A stretch of 64,000 nt of DNA, taken from sequence record DRR378314_956; one strand, given 5' to 3'. Shown in pieces: positions 21,334 through 30,717 of this stretch; positions within the stretch are counted from its first letter, which is position 1; each line of letters begins with the position of its first letter. The position numbers were made by a program, and so were the translations under genes. The notes beneath the pieces are model-generated. The model had not been told where the DNA came from. It did no database searches and saw nothing but the letters and a program-made list of their open reading frames with translations.

Positions 21334-22683
21334 ATGTATACGGAAAACGCACTCCTTTGGTTAGAGACATTATTTTTCGAGCGCTTTGGTGCCCAATTTT
21401 CTCTAAAAGAGGCAGAAGATTCATTGGTTTTAAATATGCCAGAACGTTTGGGGCGAGTAATTTTTGATCGACTTGAGCCGATGTTTCATCAGTCTAGTTC
21501 AGGTTTTCCAGTTGATCACTGGGATGCAGAATCCGAGGGCTTTGTTGTATGCATTGATTCGAAGATTCCTGCACCAGGCAGTCATAAGCTCTCTTTGCCG
21601 CTAGTAGACTATTCCCATAGGGAAGCAAGGGTTCACTTTGACATAATTGGCCTGACCTACTGGATGCTCACCCGCAAAGAAGAAATAGGGAGAAAAGATC
21701 TCGACAACCACTACCGTTTCCCGGCGACCTCATCCCACGCCTTCCAGCATGACTATCTCGAGCGTCCAATAGTTGATGAATGGCTAAATATACTGGGACA
21801 GATCATTCAGCGTGTGTGGCCACAACTCGAACTCAAAAAGCATAACTTTGAGGTGAAGGTTTCCCATGATGTAGATAGCCCGGCCCGGTATGCATTTCAG
21901 AAGCCACGGCGCCTGCTTCGTACTGTAGGTGGCGATATAATTGTCAGAAAGGATCTCAGGTCCGCTCTGATGGGATCTTGGATGTGGTTGAACAGCCGGC
22001 GGGAAATCCATCCATGTGACCCAGTCAACACTTTCGACTGGCTAATGAGGCAGTCCGAAAAGAATGGACTCACCAGTGCCTTCTATTTCATCTGTGGCCG
22101 CACAGAAACTGCTAAAGATGCACAGTACGACCCTGAAATGCCTCAAATACGGGCTCTGATGAGGCAGATTCACTCACGTGGACATGAGATTGGGCTCCAT
22201 CCCAGTTACAACACCTTCAATTGCCCTGATGAAATCCGAAAGGAGGCACAGAGGTTGAAAAGAGTCTGTGACGAAGAAGGTATCGATCAACGTGTATGGG
22301 GGGGGCGCATGCATTTTTTACGCTGGGATCAGGCTATAACACCTAAAGCTTGGGCTGACGCTGGATTGTCTTACGACAGTACACTTAGCTATGCGGACCG
22401 ACCTGGCTTTCGCTGTGGAACCTGCTTTGAGTATCCCGCGTTTGACGTCACAACCGACCAAGCTCTTCCTTTGCGAATTCGCCCATTAGTGGCAATGGAT
22501 TGCACCGTGATTGCGGAACGATATCTTGGGCTGGGTTCAACAGAAGCAGCATTTCTCAAATTCAATGAACTTAAGAACAAATGCAGGGCGGTGGGTGGGC
22601 TATTCACCCTTTTGTGGCACAACTCCTTTTTCAACACAACGGAAGATTTCAATATCTATCGCCGTTTGATAAGTAACAATTGA
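21334..22683 (+). CDS. Polysaccharide deacetylase-like protein (CE4-type C-terminal domain)
   Basis: SHDVD, HEIGLHPSY, RMHFLRW, YDST.SYAD..GFRCG and LLWHN. Confidence 0.78.
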   Translation: MYTENALLWLETLFFERFGAQFSLKEAEDSLVLNMPERLGRVIFDRLEPMFHQSSSGFPVDHWDAESEGFVVCIDSKIPAPGSHKLSLPLVDYSHREARVHFDIIGLTYWMLTRKEEIGRKDLDNHYRFPATSSHAFQHDYLERPIVDEWLNILGQIIQRVWPQLELKKHNFEVKVSHDVDSPARYAFQKPRRLLRTVGGDIIVRKDLRSALMGSWMWLNSRREIHPCDPVNTFDWLMRQSEKNGLTSAFYFICGRTETAKDAQYDPEMPQIRALMRQIHSRGHEIGLHPSYNTFNCPDEIRKEAQRLKRVCDEEGIDQRVWGGRMHFLRWDQAITPKAWADAGLSYDSTLSYADRPGFRCGTCFEYPAFDVTTDQALPLRIRPLVAMDCTVIAERYLGLGSTEAAFLKFNELKNKCRAVGGLFTLLWHNSFFNTTEDFNIYRRLISNN

Positions 22684-22700
22684 TGAGGAATAAAGGTCCT

Positions 22701-23771
22701 ATGAAAGTAATGACCATTATCGGCGCTCGCCCTCAGTTTATAAAAGCTGCAGTTGTGTCCCGTGCTTTCAGTGAGCATTGTCCAGGCGTGCATGAAACCA
22801 TAGTACACACAGGTCAGCACTACGATTCCAATATGTCCGATGTCTTTTTTGAAGAGTTGAATATTCCCAAGCCCGATTACAACCTAGGTGTTGGCGGGGG
22901 TACACACGGGCAAAATACCGGGCGTATGATCGAAAAGCTAGAAGGTTTGATGAACGAAGTCAAGCCCGACTGGGTGCTCGTATATGGAGACACCGACAGC
23001 ACCCTTGCAGGTGCTTTAGCAGCCTCGAAGTTGCATATACGGGTGGCACACGTGGAAGCAGGTTTGCGCAGCTTCAACCGGAAGATGCCTGAAGAAATAA
23101 ATCGTGTGTTGACTGACCATATCGCAGATCTGCTATTTGCTCCCACAGAAAGCGGACGGCAGAACCTGATAAATGAAGGTATCCCAGTAGAGAAAATCAA
23201 ACTTGTCGGCGATGTAATGTATGATGCCTCTCTCTTTTACAAGGAAAAGGCAAGAAGGCCAGTTTTACCAGAAGAGCTTACTATTCAAGGCAACGATTTC
23301 GTACTTTGTACAATTCACCGAGCTGAGAATACTGACAATGCGGAAACGCTAAGAAACATACTTACGGGACTTGGTTGTAGCGGCGAAATTATAATTCTAC
23401 CTATCCACCCGAGGACAAGAGCTAAGTTGGAATATGTGAATGCTCCTTTGCCAGCTAATATATATTTGATTGAGCCTGTTGGCTATCTTGAGATGGTTTG
23501 GTTAGAAGCGAACTGTAGGGTAGTAGCAACGGATTCAGGTGGCGTCCAAAAAGAAGCCTACTTTCATAAGAAGCCGTGTATTACCATGCGTGCCGAAACA
23601 GAGTGGGTTGAATTGGTTGATATAAAGGCTAATAAATTGGTGGGAAGCGAACCTAAAGAGATAGCAAAGGCGATATTGAAAAGTGGTAGTTTTGAATCTA
23701 AGGATCATCTCTATGGTAGTGGCTCATCTGGAAGTGAAATATGTAGGCTCTTATCAAGCTCTATTTCATAG
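22701..23771 (+). CDS. wecB: UDP-N-acetylhexosamine 2-epimerase, non-hydrolysing (WecB/WbpI type)
   Basis: IGARPQFIK, HTGQHYD, GDT, HVEAGLRS, PEEINR and DSGGVQKEA. Confidence 0.88.
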   Translation: MKVMTIIGARPQFIKAAVVSRAFSEHCPGVHETIVHTGQHYDSNMSDVFFEELNIPKPDYNLGVGGGTHGQNTGRMIEKLEGLMNEVKPDWVLVYGDTDSTLAGALAASKLHIRVAHVEAGLRSFNRKMPEEINRVLTDHIADLLFAPTESGRQNLINEGIPVEKIKLVGDVMYDASLFYKEKARRPVLPEELTIQGNDFVLCTIHRAENTDNAETLRNILTGLGCSGEIIILPIHPRTRAKLEYVNAPLPANIYLIEPVGYLEMVWLEANCRVVATDSGGVQKEAYFHKKPCITMRAETEWVELVDIKANKLVGSEPKEIAKAILKSGSFESKDHLYGSGSSGSEICRLLSSSIS

Positions 23772-24156
23772 TGGTCGGTATTAGCTCCAATTAGCAGGCA
23801 AGATTTCAACAACTGCTGTGAGTATGTTTGTGTTATCCTGAAAGATCTAAAACTGAGGATTTAAGACTCGATGCCTCAATTTACAATCACGAAAAATCTT
23901 GTTCCTTAAGTATCTTTACAAGACAGAGTTGGGTTTTCGTTCTATAGTTAGCTGGACAGCACCTGTCGGGTGCTTGGCCCAGCAGGGGAAAGTCGTTCCC
24001 TTTTGAACGATGGGCTATATAGTCAATGCGTCAATACTGATATCGACAGCTCCAATATATTGATATAAAATTTTAGGTAATTAGATATAAAATTATCTTG
24101 ACTGTAATCTGACAAATAATATATTTAGATCGAAAAATTCTGTTAATGGAATATAA

Positions 24157-25149
24157 ATGAGTGAAATAAAAAAAGTGATTTACCACGTTGTAAGTGATAG
24201 GGCCGTCAAAGGAGCTAGAGTTTACGCCCAATCCTCCTATGCTGAATGTGAGTTTTTTATTGCAGACGTTCTTACTTTTCCTTGGTCACTGTTTAAAGTT
24301 CTAGTCAGCGAGAAGAAAAAAACAGTCGTATTTCACGAACAATATTCGTTAGCTTCTCTCTTGATATCATATGTATTAACAAAAATTTTCCGAAGAAAGC
24401 ATAATCTAATATATGACATGCATGACATAGCAAGTCTTGAACCTTATCCAAAAATGAGAACAAAAATCCTTATATCGTTCTACAAAGCGCTAGAATACAC
24501 CTCTCTAAGAATCCTAAAAATACCTGTTATAACAGTAAGCAAGCATCTGTCATCTCACATATCAAAGGAGTATAAGGTACTTGCTCCCGTGGTTTATAGT
24601 GTACCTCCGAGCGTACTCGCGTGTGAAACCTCGCGTGATAAACGTTCTCAGGATATGAGACGAGTTTTATACTTCGGTTTGATTGAGCCAACAAGGTTAG
24701 ACGTTTCTCTTCTTGAGAAAATTGTTAATAAGGGGTTTAAAGTCGACTTGTATGGAATATTCTCAAGCAACAGTGACGCATCTTACAAAGAAGCTATAAA
24801 TTCGCTCGTAAGTAAAAGTGGAGGTGATTTTAGAGGAAGATATTCGCCATCGGATTTAAGTTTTATAAAGAATTATGCGGGTGTTCTGATGTTTTATGAC
24901 ACAAGCTCAGAAAATGTTAAGGGGTGTCTTCCAAACAAACTTTTTCAGTCTATGGTAATGGGGGTTCCCTGTGTCGTATCTTCAGGTATGGTTGAAGCAC
25001 GAAATTTGTTCCAAAAATATAATGCAGTAGTTACTGACGTCGAGTCGTTATCCGAAAGTAGTCGAATTGATTGGGTTGGTGTTAATAAAGAAATAATATG
25101 CCTCCGCGAGGAAAGTAGATTAAATTTTAAGAAGACGGCGCAAATTTGA
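24157..25149 (+). CDS. Putative GT-B glycosyltransferase (divergent)
   Basis: IYDMHD, ITVS, LYFG and LPNKLFQSM..GVP motifs; AT-rich. Confidence 0.55.
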   Translation: MSEIKKVIYHVVSDRAVKGARVYAQSSYAECEFFIADVLTFPWSLFKVLVSEKKKTVVFHEQYSLASLLISYVLTKIFRRKHNLIYDMHDIASLEPYPKMRTKILISFYKALEYTSLRILKIPVITVSKHLSSHISKEYKVLAPVVYSVPPSVLACETSRDKRSQDMRRVLYFGLIEPTRLDVSLLEKIVNKGFKVDLYGIFSSNSDASYKEAINSLVSKSGGDFRGRYSPSDLSFIKNYAGVLMFYDTSSENVKGCLPNKLFQSMVMGVPCVVSSGMVEARNLFQKYNAVVTDVESLSESSRIDWVGVNKEIICLREESRLNFKKTAQI

Positions 25150-25203
25150 TGAATGATATATTGTTTCAAAGAGTGTCTCGTTTAGTATCTGCTTTTATAA
25201 TTT

Positions 25204-26412
25204 TTGTCGCCGATGAAAATTAGATTAAGCTCAGTTTTTCCTTGGCTGGTGGTAATTGTGATTTTTTTTAGGCCACACCCGCCATTTCTCGGAAATGTGA
25301 TGAGCACCTATTTTGGCGACATCCTTCTTTTTTTGTTGATCGCAGCTAGTTTTATTTATAGAAAAACAATTTCAAATCTGGAAGCTTTCGCTTTGCTAGG
25401 AGCGTTTTTAATTGCTTTTTCGTCTTTTCTTGTTATAACCTTTTCAGGATCTTATAATTTACTTCCGGAAGTTGTGAAGATTGTGTTTTATGGCTTTTCA
25501 GTTGCTTTTGTTGTAAATTGCAGACTCTTCGAAAGTATATCTTCAGAGTTAGCGTTATCCGTAATTGTTCTTGGTCTTTGTCTGGTTGCACTAATTCAGT
25601 ACTACAATGTTCCTTGGTTTGGTGAAGTTGTTAGGTTAATTTGGGGTGAAGCGAAATTACGATCTGCCGAGTCCACTGACCCTCGGGTCTATTCATCTTT
25701 GTTTAATGCAAACTGGTTTGGCGTAGTCGTTGCCGGGCTTGCTCTTCTTATTGTTGATAATTTTTTGATTACAAAAAGAATACTGCTCTCATCAATATTG
25801 TTCAGTGCCTGTATGTTGATGATTATGCTTTCTGGTTCAAGAACCGCTCTGATTGCATTTCTAGTTAGTTTTGCTTTCATTGTTATTGTCAGAATGAGAT
25901 CCTTAGGCAATCTTGCGTTGATTTTATGTATGTTGGTGTTGGTTTTAGTGGTGGGAGTTTATATAAATAAAAGTTATGAATTGAGTAACCGGTTTTTAGA
26001 CGCTTCTGAATCTTTAGCTCAAAATGATGTTTCTGATATTAGGTCTTTGGGTGATAGGTTTAGTTCGTGGGAGAAGGGGCTAGAAATAATTAAGATCAAT
26101 CCGATGCTCGGTGATGGGTCGCTTTTAAATGGATTCGTTGTGCATAATAGTTATATTTATGTTTTCGCTGGTTTTGGGATCCCTTTGGGCTGCGCTATGC
26201 TACTGTTGATGTTTTTTATATTTTTTGTTGCTAGCAAATCCTATACTTCGAATGCCAGTAAAGGAGTCGTTTTCATTTCCGCCCTACCGCTGGCTATCGC
26301 TAGTTTTGCTGGCGAGTTTCTTGTTAGTACTCAGGTTTTTCTCGCGTACCTTGTCATAGTGTGTCTGTCAAGTAATATAAGTAAAGATAGGCACAGGCCG
26401 GAATTAAACTAA
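25204..26412 (+). CDS. wzy: Probable O-antigen/capsule polymerase (Wzy_C family)
   Basis: Multi-TM protein with SGSRT, R...W, NPMLG.G and HNSY motifs; lies inside a Wzx locus. Confidence 0.7.
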   Translation: MSPMKIRLSSVFPWLVVIVIFFRPHPPFLGNVMSTYFGDILLFLLIAASFIYRKTISNLEAFALLGAFLIAFSSFLVITFSGSYNLLPEVVKIVFYGFSVAFVVNCRLFESISSELALSVIVLGLCLVALIQYYNVPWFGEVVRLIWGEAKLRSAESTDPRVYSSLFNANWFGVVVAGLALLIVDNFLITKRILLSSILFSACMLMIMLSGSRTALIAFLVSFAFIVIVRMRSLGNLALILCMLVLVLVVGVYINKSYELSNRFLDASESLAQNDVSDIRSLGDRFSSWEKGLEIIKINPMLGDGSLLNGFVVHNSYIYVFAGFGIPLGCAMLLLMFFIFFVASKSYTSNASKGVVFISALPLAIASFAGEFLVSTQVFLAYLVIVCLSSNISKDRHRPELN

Positions 26413-26443
26413 TTAATTCCATTATTTTGAATGTAAGTATTTT

Positions 26444-27346
26444 ATGTTTGATGTGGTAATCCCTGTTTTTAATAAAGAGTTATCTATTAAAAGAGCATTG
26501 GCTTCAATAGAGCTTCAAAGCGAGTTTGTTGATTCTGTGGTCGTTGTTAATGATGGCTCTAATGATAACTCGTTGAATAACATCGAAGAGTACAAAAAGG
26601 TTTCTAAGTTAAATATTGTTTTGATTAATCAATTGAATAAAGGAGTTTCATGTGCAAGAAATTCCGGAGTTCAGTATTGCAGATCAGAGTTTATATGTTT
26701 CTTGGATGCGGATGATGAATGGCGTCCTGGATACCTAAAAGAGATGTCTCGTTTGATAAGTCTCTATCAGGAAGCCAATTTGCTTTGCTTGGCCCATTTT
26801 ATACAGGATGCAGCACGTAGGTATCGTCCATCACATGCATTTGGTGAATCAGAGGAAGGTTACGTCCATGACTTTTTCTTGTCATCGGCGAAGGGAAGCG
26901 TCGCTAATAGCTCTAAAGTAGCTGTTAGACGATCTATGTTCTTAGCGATTGGTGGCTTTCCTGAAGGCATTAAAGTTGGTGAGGATTTATTCTTTTGGAT
27001 TAAGTGTGCATTAAATGGTCCTGTAGCGGCCAGTGGAAAAACTCTGGTTATTGTTCATCGTGACTTTGATGTTAATAGAGTAAAGCGAGTTAAGGGCGGA
27101 GTTCCTTATCCAGTTATATATTTTTCAGAAAACAGAGAGTTAATCAATAATAATTTATCTCTGAAAAAGTATTTGTGCAGAATTGCGTTTAGGCATGTTG
27201 CTGGATCTGCGAAAGATAAAGATATAAAAACATGTCTTTCAATAATAAAGCCATTGTTTGGAATTTCTATAATTTGGGGTTGCTTGAGTACGATTATTTG
27301 TTTGATTCCCAGCGGTATTTTGAGACTGGCTAAGAAAATTAGTTGA
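26444..27346 (+). CDS. GT2 glycosyltransferase
   Basis: VVIPVFN, VNDGSND, GVSCARN, FLDADD and GED. Confidence 0.9.
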   Translation: MFDVVIPVFNKELSIKRALASIELQSEFVDSVVVVNDGSNDNSLNNIEEYKKVSKLNIVLINQLNKGVSCARNSGVQYCRSEFICFLDADDEWRPGYLKEMSRLISLYQEANLLCLAHFIQDAARRYRPSHAFGESEEGYVHDFFLSSAKGSVANSSKVAVRRSMFLAIGGFPEGIKVGEDLFFWIKCALNGPVAASGKTLVIVHRDFDVNRVKRVKGGVPYPVIYFSENRELINNNLSLKKYLCRIAFRHVAGSAKDKDIKTCLSIIKPLFGISIIWGCLSTIICLIPSGILRLAKKIS

Positions 27347-27862
27347 AATTATTCTGACGTATCGAAAATATTGCAGTGGGTCGATAGGGGAGTAAATGAA
27401 ATTTATTAATTTTGGTTGCGTGCCTATGTCGTCGCGATTGTGGGTGTAATGTGAATTTTTGTTGAGCCCCTTTATTAGTAGCCGATTTCTTGAACATAAT
27501 GTGCAGTGATGTTTTACTTACATGAGGATAATCTATGTTCTCTGAAGTCATAGGTACAATAACGAATGTTGGCCAATGACGCTAACGCGGGATAGTCTGC
27601 CGCTATGGCGACTACCAGCTTTGTTTTGCGCCTACTGCTTGCAATTGATCCATAATCAATCGCCTCCTCTATTTATGTCATATTTTTCCGTTGACGCTGC
27701 ACAGCATTTTTTTGGTCTTCAATCGAACGGTTACTAGTTATGGGCTCGAATGTTGCGTGCACTAAGAATCGGTGCCTGAAGCTCTCAGCTTTCTTTGGTT
27801 CCAACTGACGGTGGTTTTCAAGCCACTGGTTGATTTGATGTTATTCAAACTAAGACGAGATT

Positions 27863-29005
27863 GTGTTGCAAAATAGAGCAAAAAGAATCCTTTTTTTAGT
27901 GAATACGGCTGAGTTCTTCCTGTCCCATCGAATGCCATTGGCAGTTGCAGCAAAAAAAGCCGGGTATGAAGTACATATTGCATCTGCATCCGGCGCGGCC
28001 GTGGCGATAATTCAGGCTATGGGTTTCAAGCATCACGAAATTGCATTTGTCCGTAGTGGTCAAAACCCGCTAGTCGAGATGAAAACGATAGTACAGTTGT
28101 TCAAGCTGTTTCGTCGTCTGGGACCTGATGTGCTGCACCTGATTACTATTAAACCTGTGCTGTATGGTGGTTTGGCTGCCCGGATAGCAGGAGTTCCGAG
28201 TGTGGTTTCTGCTGTGTCTGGGCTGGGTACGGTCTTTATTGCTGGTTCAATTGTTGCCAAGTTTAGGAAATGTGTCGTTACTCGGCTCTACTCTGTAGCC
28301 TTTAAGCAAAAGCGGTTAGCCGTTATCTTTCAAAACCCTGATGATAGGCAAGCGTTACTTTCAAGTCGTGCCCTGCAGGAAAGTGAAACCCGAATTATTA
28401 GAGGCTCCGGCGTGGCATTGTCCGATTATCCATTCCGGTCTGAGCCTGAGGGTGAATCAGTGGTGGTTATGGCTTCCAGGCTTCTAAAAGACAAGGGTGT
28501 GTTTGAGTTCGTAGAAGCGGCCAGTATCTTGCGTGAACGCGGTGTGACTGCGGAGATGCGGCTCATAGGTTCTCCAGACCCTGGTAACCAGACGAGTGTG
28601 ACGGAACAGGACGTTAAGCGCTGGCATGAAGATGGTGTTGTGAGAACTCTTGGTTATCGCTCTGATATTGCAGATCAGTACGCGGACGCGAATATCGTAT
28701 GTTTGCCATCTTACCGTGAAGGCCTACCGAAAAGCTTGGTTGAGGCTGCTGCATGTGGCCGGGCAGTTGTGACCACGGACGTCCCTGGCTGTCGTGATGC
28801 AATTATCCCAGGTAAGACCGGGCTTTTGGTGCCGGTTAGAAATGCGGTTGCGTTGGCTGATGCAATTCAGAATCTGATCGAAGACAGTGATTTAAGAAAG
28901 AGAATGGGGCAGGCGGGCAGAAAGCTTGCTGAGGATGCCTTTGCAATTGAGAAAATCGTTGACCAGCATTTGCGAATTTATGAGGACCTACAAGGTGACG
29001 GCTAA
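27863..29005 (+). CDS. GT4 glycosyltransferase (CapM/PglA-like)
   Basis: FLSHR, TIKP, FQN.DD, KGV.EF and PSYREGLPKSLVEAAACG. Confidence 0.9.
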   Translation: MLQNRAKRILFLVNTAEFFLSHRMPLAVAAKKAGYEVHIASASGAAVAIIQAMGFKHHEIAFVRSGQNPLVEMKTIVQLFKLFRRLGPDVLHLITIKPVLYGGLAARIAGVPSVVSAVSGLGTVFIAGSIVAKFRKCVVTRLYSVAFKQKRLAVIFQNPDDRQALLSSRALQESETRIIRGSGVALSDYPFRSEPEGESVVVMASRLLKDKGVFEFVEAASILRERGVTAEMRLIGSPDPGNQTSVTEQDVKRWHEDGVVRTLGYRSDIADQYADANIVCLPSYREGLPKSLVEAAACGRAVVTTDVPGCRDAIIPGKTGLLVPVRNAVALADAIQNLIEDSDLRKRMGQAGRKLAEDAFAIEKIVDQHLRIYEDLQGDG

Positions 29006-29023
29006 CTTCGGGTGTGAGCTTCT

Positions 29024-29968
29024 GTGAATGTCTTACTAACTGGCGCAACCGGATTTGTCGGTAAATGCCTGGCTGAGACGCTTGATCAGCAGGAAACTTA
29101 TCTGTTGACCTGCGCTGTAAGATGGGCTGGCGCTACTCAGTGCGGGCGTGAAGTGGAGATCATCGGGATCGATGCTGATACCGACTGGACTACTGCACTA
29201 ATCGATCAGCAGGTTGTTATTCATGCGGCGGCCCGCGCCCATATTATGAAAGACGAGGTGTCTGATCCGCTGTCGGAATATCGCAAGGTTAACGTGGAGG
29301 GCACTCTCAATCTTGCGCGTCAAGCGGTGGAAGCTGGCGTGAGGCGCTTTATCTATATAAGTTCCATAAAGGTTAATGGTGAATGGACGCCCCCGGGCGA
29401 GCCATTTACAGCTGAAGATACGCCAGCACCTGAAGATCATTATGGTATTTCTAAGCTGGAGGCCGAGCAGGGCCTCCAAGAGCTGGCGGCTGAGACTGGA
29501 ATGGAAGTGGTGATTATTCGCCCACCTTTGGTTTACGGGCCAGGAGTAAAGGGTAACTTCGCTAGTATGATGAAGCTGGTAGGCAGAGAATTGCCTTTGC
29601 CTCTTGGTGCTGTTCAAAACAGTCGTTCACTGGTCGCGCTGGATAACCTGGTTGACTTCGTTAATACCTGCATCTCGCATCCTGCCGCTGCCAATCAGGT
29701 TTTTTTGGTAAGCGACGGGGAAGACCTTTCTACTACTGAGTTGTTGCGCGCTATTGCCCGGGCCATGGGGAGGCGTTCCCGTTTGATTTCGGTGCCAGCC
29801 AGAGTTTTGCTGTTCGGGGCATCTTTGCTTGGCAAGAGTGCAGTTGCAAAGCGTCTACTCGGTTCTTTACAGGTGGATATTTCCAAAAACCGTGACATGT
29901 TGGGCTGGCACCCTCCCATATCTGTGGCGAAAGGTATGGCCAGAGCGGTGGGGCATCCGGTTGGCTAG
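29024..29968 (+). CDS. NAD-dependent epimerase/reductase (WbpV-like)
   Basis: TGATGFVG, HAAARAH, SSIKVNGE, YGISK and RPPLVYG. Confidence 0.85.
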   Translation: MNVLLTGATGFVGKCLAETLDQQETYLLTCAVRWAGATQCGREVEIIGIDADTDWTTALIDQQVVIHAAARAHIMKDEVSDPLSEYRKVNVEGTLNLARQAVEAGVRRFIYISSIKVNGEWTPPGEPFTAEDTPAPEDHYGISKLEAEQGLQELAAETGMEVVIIRPPLVYGPGVKGNFASMMKLVGRELPLPLGAVQNSRSLVALDNLVDFVNTCISHPAAANQVFLVSDGEDLSTTELLRAIARAMGRRSRLISVPARVLLFGASLLGKSAVAKRLLGSLQVDISKNRDMLGWHPPISVAKGMARAVGHPVG

Positions 29969-30005
29969 CCGAAAGTTTGGTGGAAAATAAATAGTTCTCT
30001 ATTGG

Positions 30006-30572
30006 ATGTTATCTGTGATTCGATTATTTGATTTTGTGTTTTCGTTGCTAGGGCTGGTAGTTGGTTTTCCGGTTCTACTGCTACTGACGGTGATAGGTCT
30101 ATTTGATACAGGCTCTCCTATTTTCACGCAGGAGCGGGTAGGTCGTAATAAGAGGCCATTCACTCTGGTAAAATTCCGCACGATGACGAAAGACACGGCA
30201 TCTGTGGCCAGTCACTTAGCAAACGTTGATGCGATTACCACGTTCGGGCGCTTCCTGCGTCGAACAAAGTTGGATGAGTTGCCCCAGTTATGGAATGTGC
30301 TCAGAGGCGAGATGAGTTTGGTTGGGCCTCGGCCCTGCTTGTTTAACCAAGAAGAGCTGATAGCAGAAAGGGAGCAGCGGGGTGTTTTGGCTGCGCGTCC
30401 TGGGATTACGGGGCTAGCCCAAGTCAAAGATATCGATATGTCGACCCCGCGGCTCTTGGCAGAGACAGACCAGAAGATGTTAGAGAATTTAACGGTGGGT
30501 GCTTACTTTAAGTACATCTTTATGACAGTTGCTGGCAAAGGTGCCGGCGACAGGGTTCCTGGTAGGGACTAA
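30006..30572 (+). CDS. Small initiating phosphoglycosyl transferase (PglC-like)
   Basis: QERVG, KFRTM, LDELPQLWNV..GEMSLVGPRP and RPGITGLAQ. Confidence 0.88.
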   Translation: MLSVIRLFDFVFSLLGLVVGFPVLLLLTVIGLFDTGSPIFTQERVGRNKRPFTLVKFRTMTKDTASVASHLANVDAITTFGRFLRRTKLDELPQLWNVLRGEMSLVGPRPCLFNQEELIAEREQRGVLAARPGITGLAQVKDIDMSTPRLLAETDQKMLENLTVGAYFKYIFMTVAGKGAGDRVPGRD

Positions 30573-30717
30573 GTGCCAGAGGGTTTCGAATGTTTAATTC
30601 CGTGTTACCTGCGGGGCCGTCCTATACTGTTGAAAATGCCATTCTGTGTGCATTGGAATCTGGGTTTACTGATGGCAACGAATGGCGATGGGCAATGGAC
30701 AGTGAGTTCCAATCTCG

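Noticed and set aside
25204-26412. Wzy_C protein as the LPS ligase WaaL
   Set aside because: Its position among glycosyltransferases in a Wzx locus with no other polymerase candidate favours Wzy, though this is not proven.
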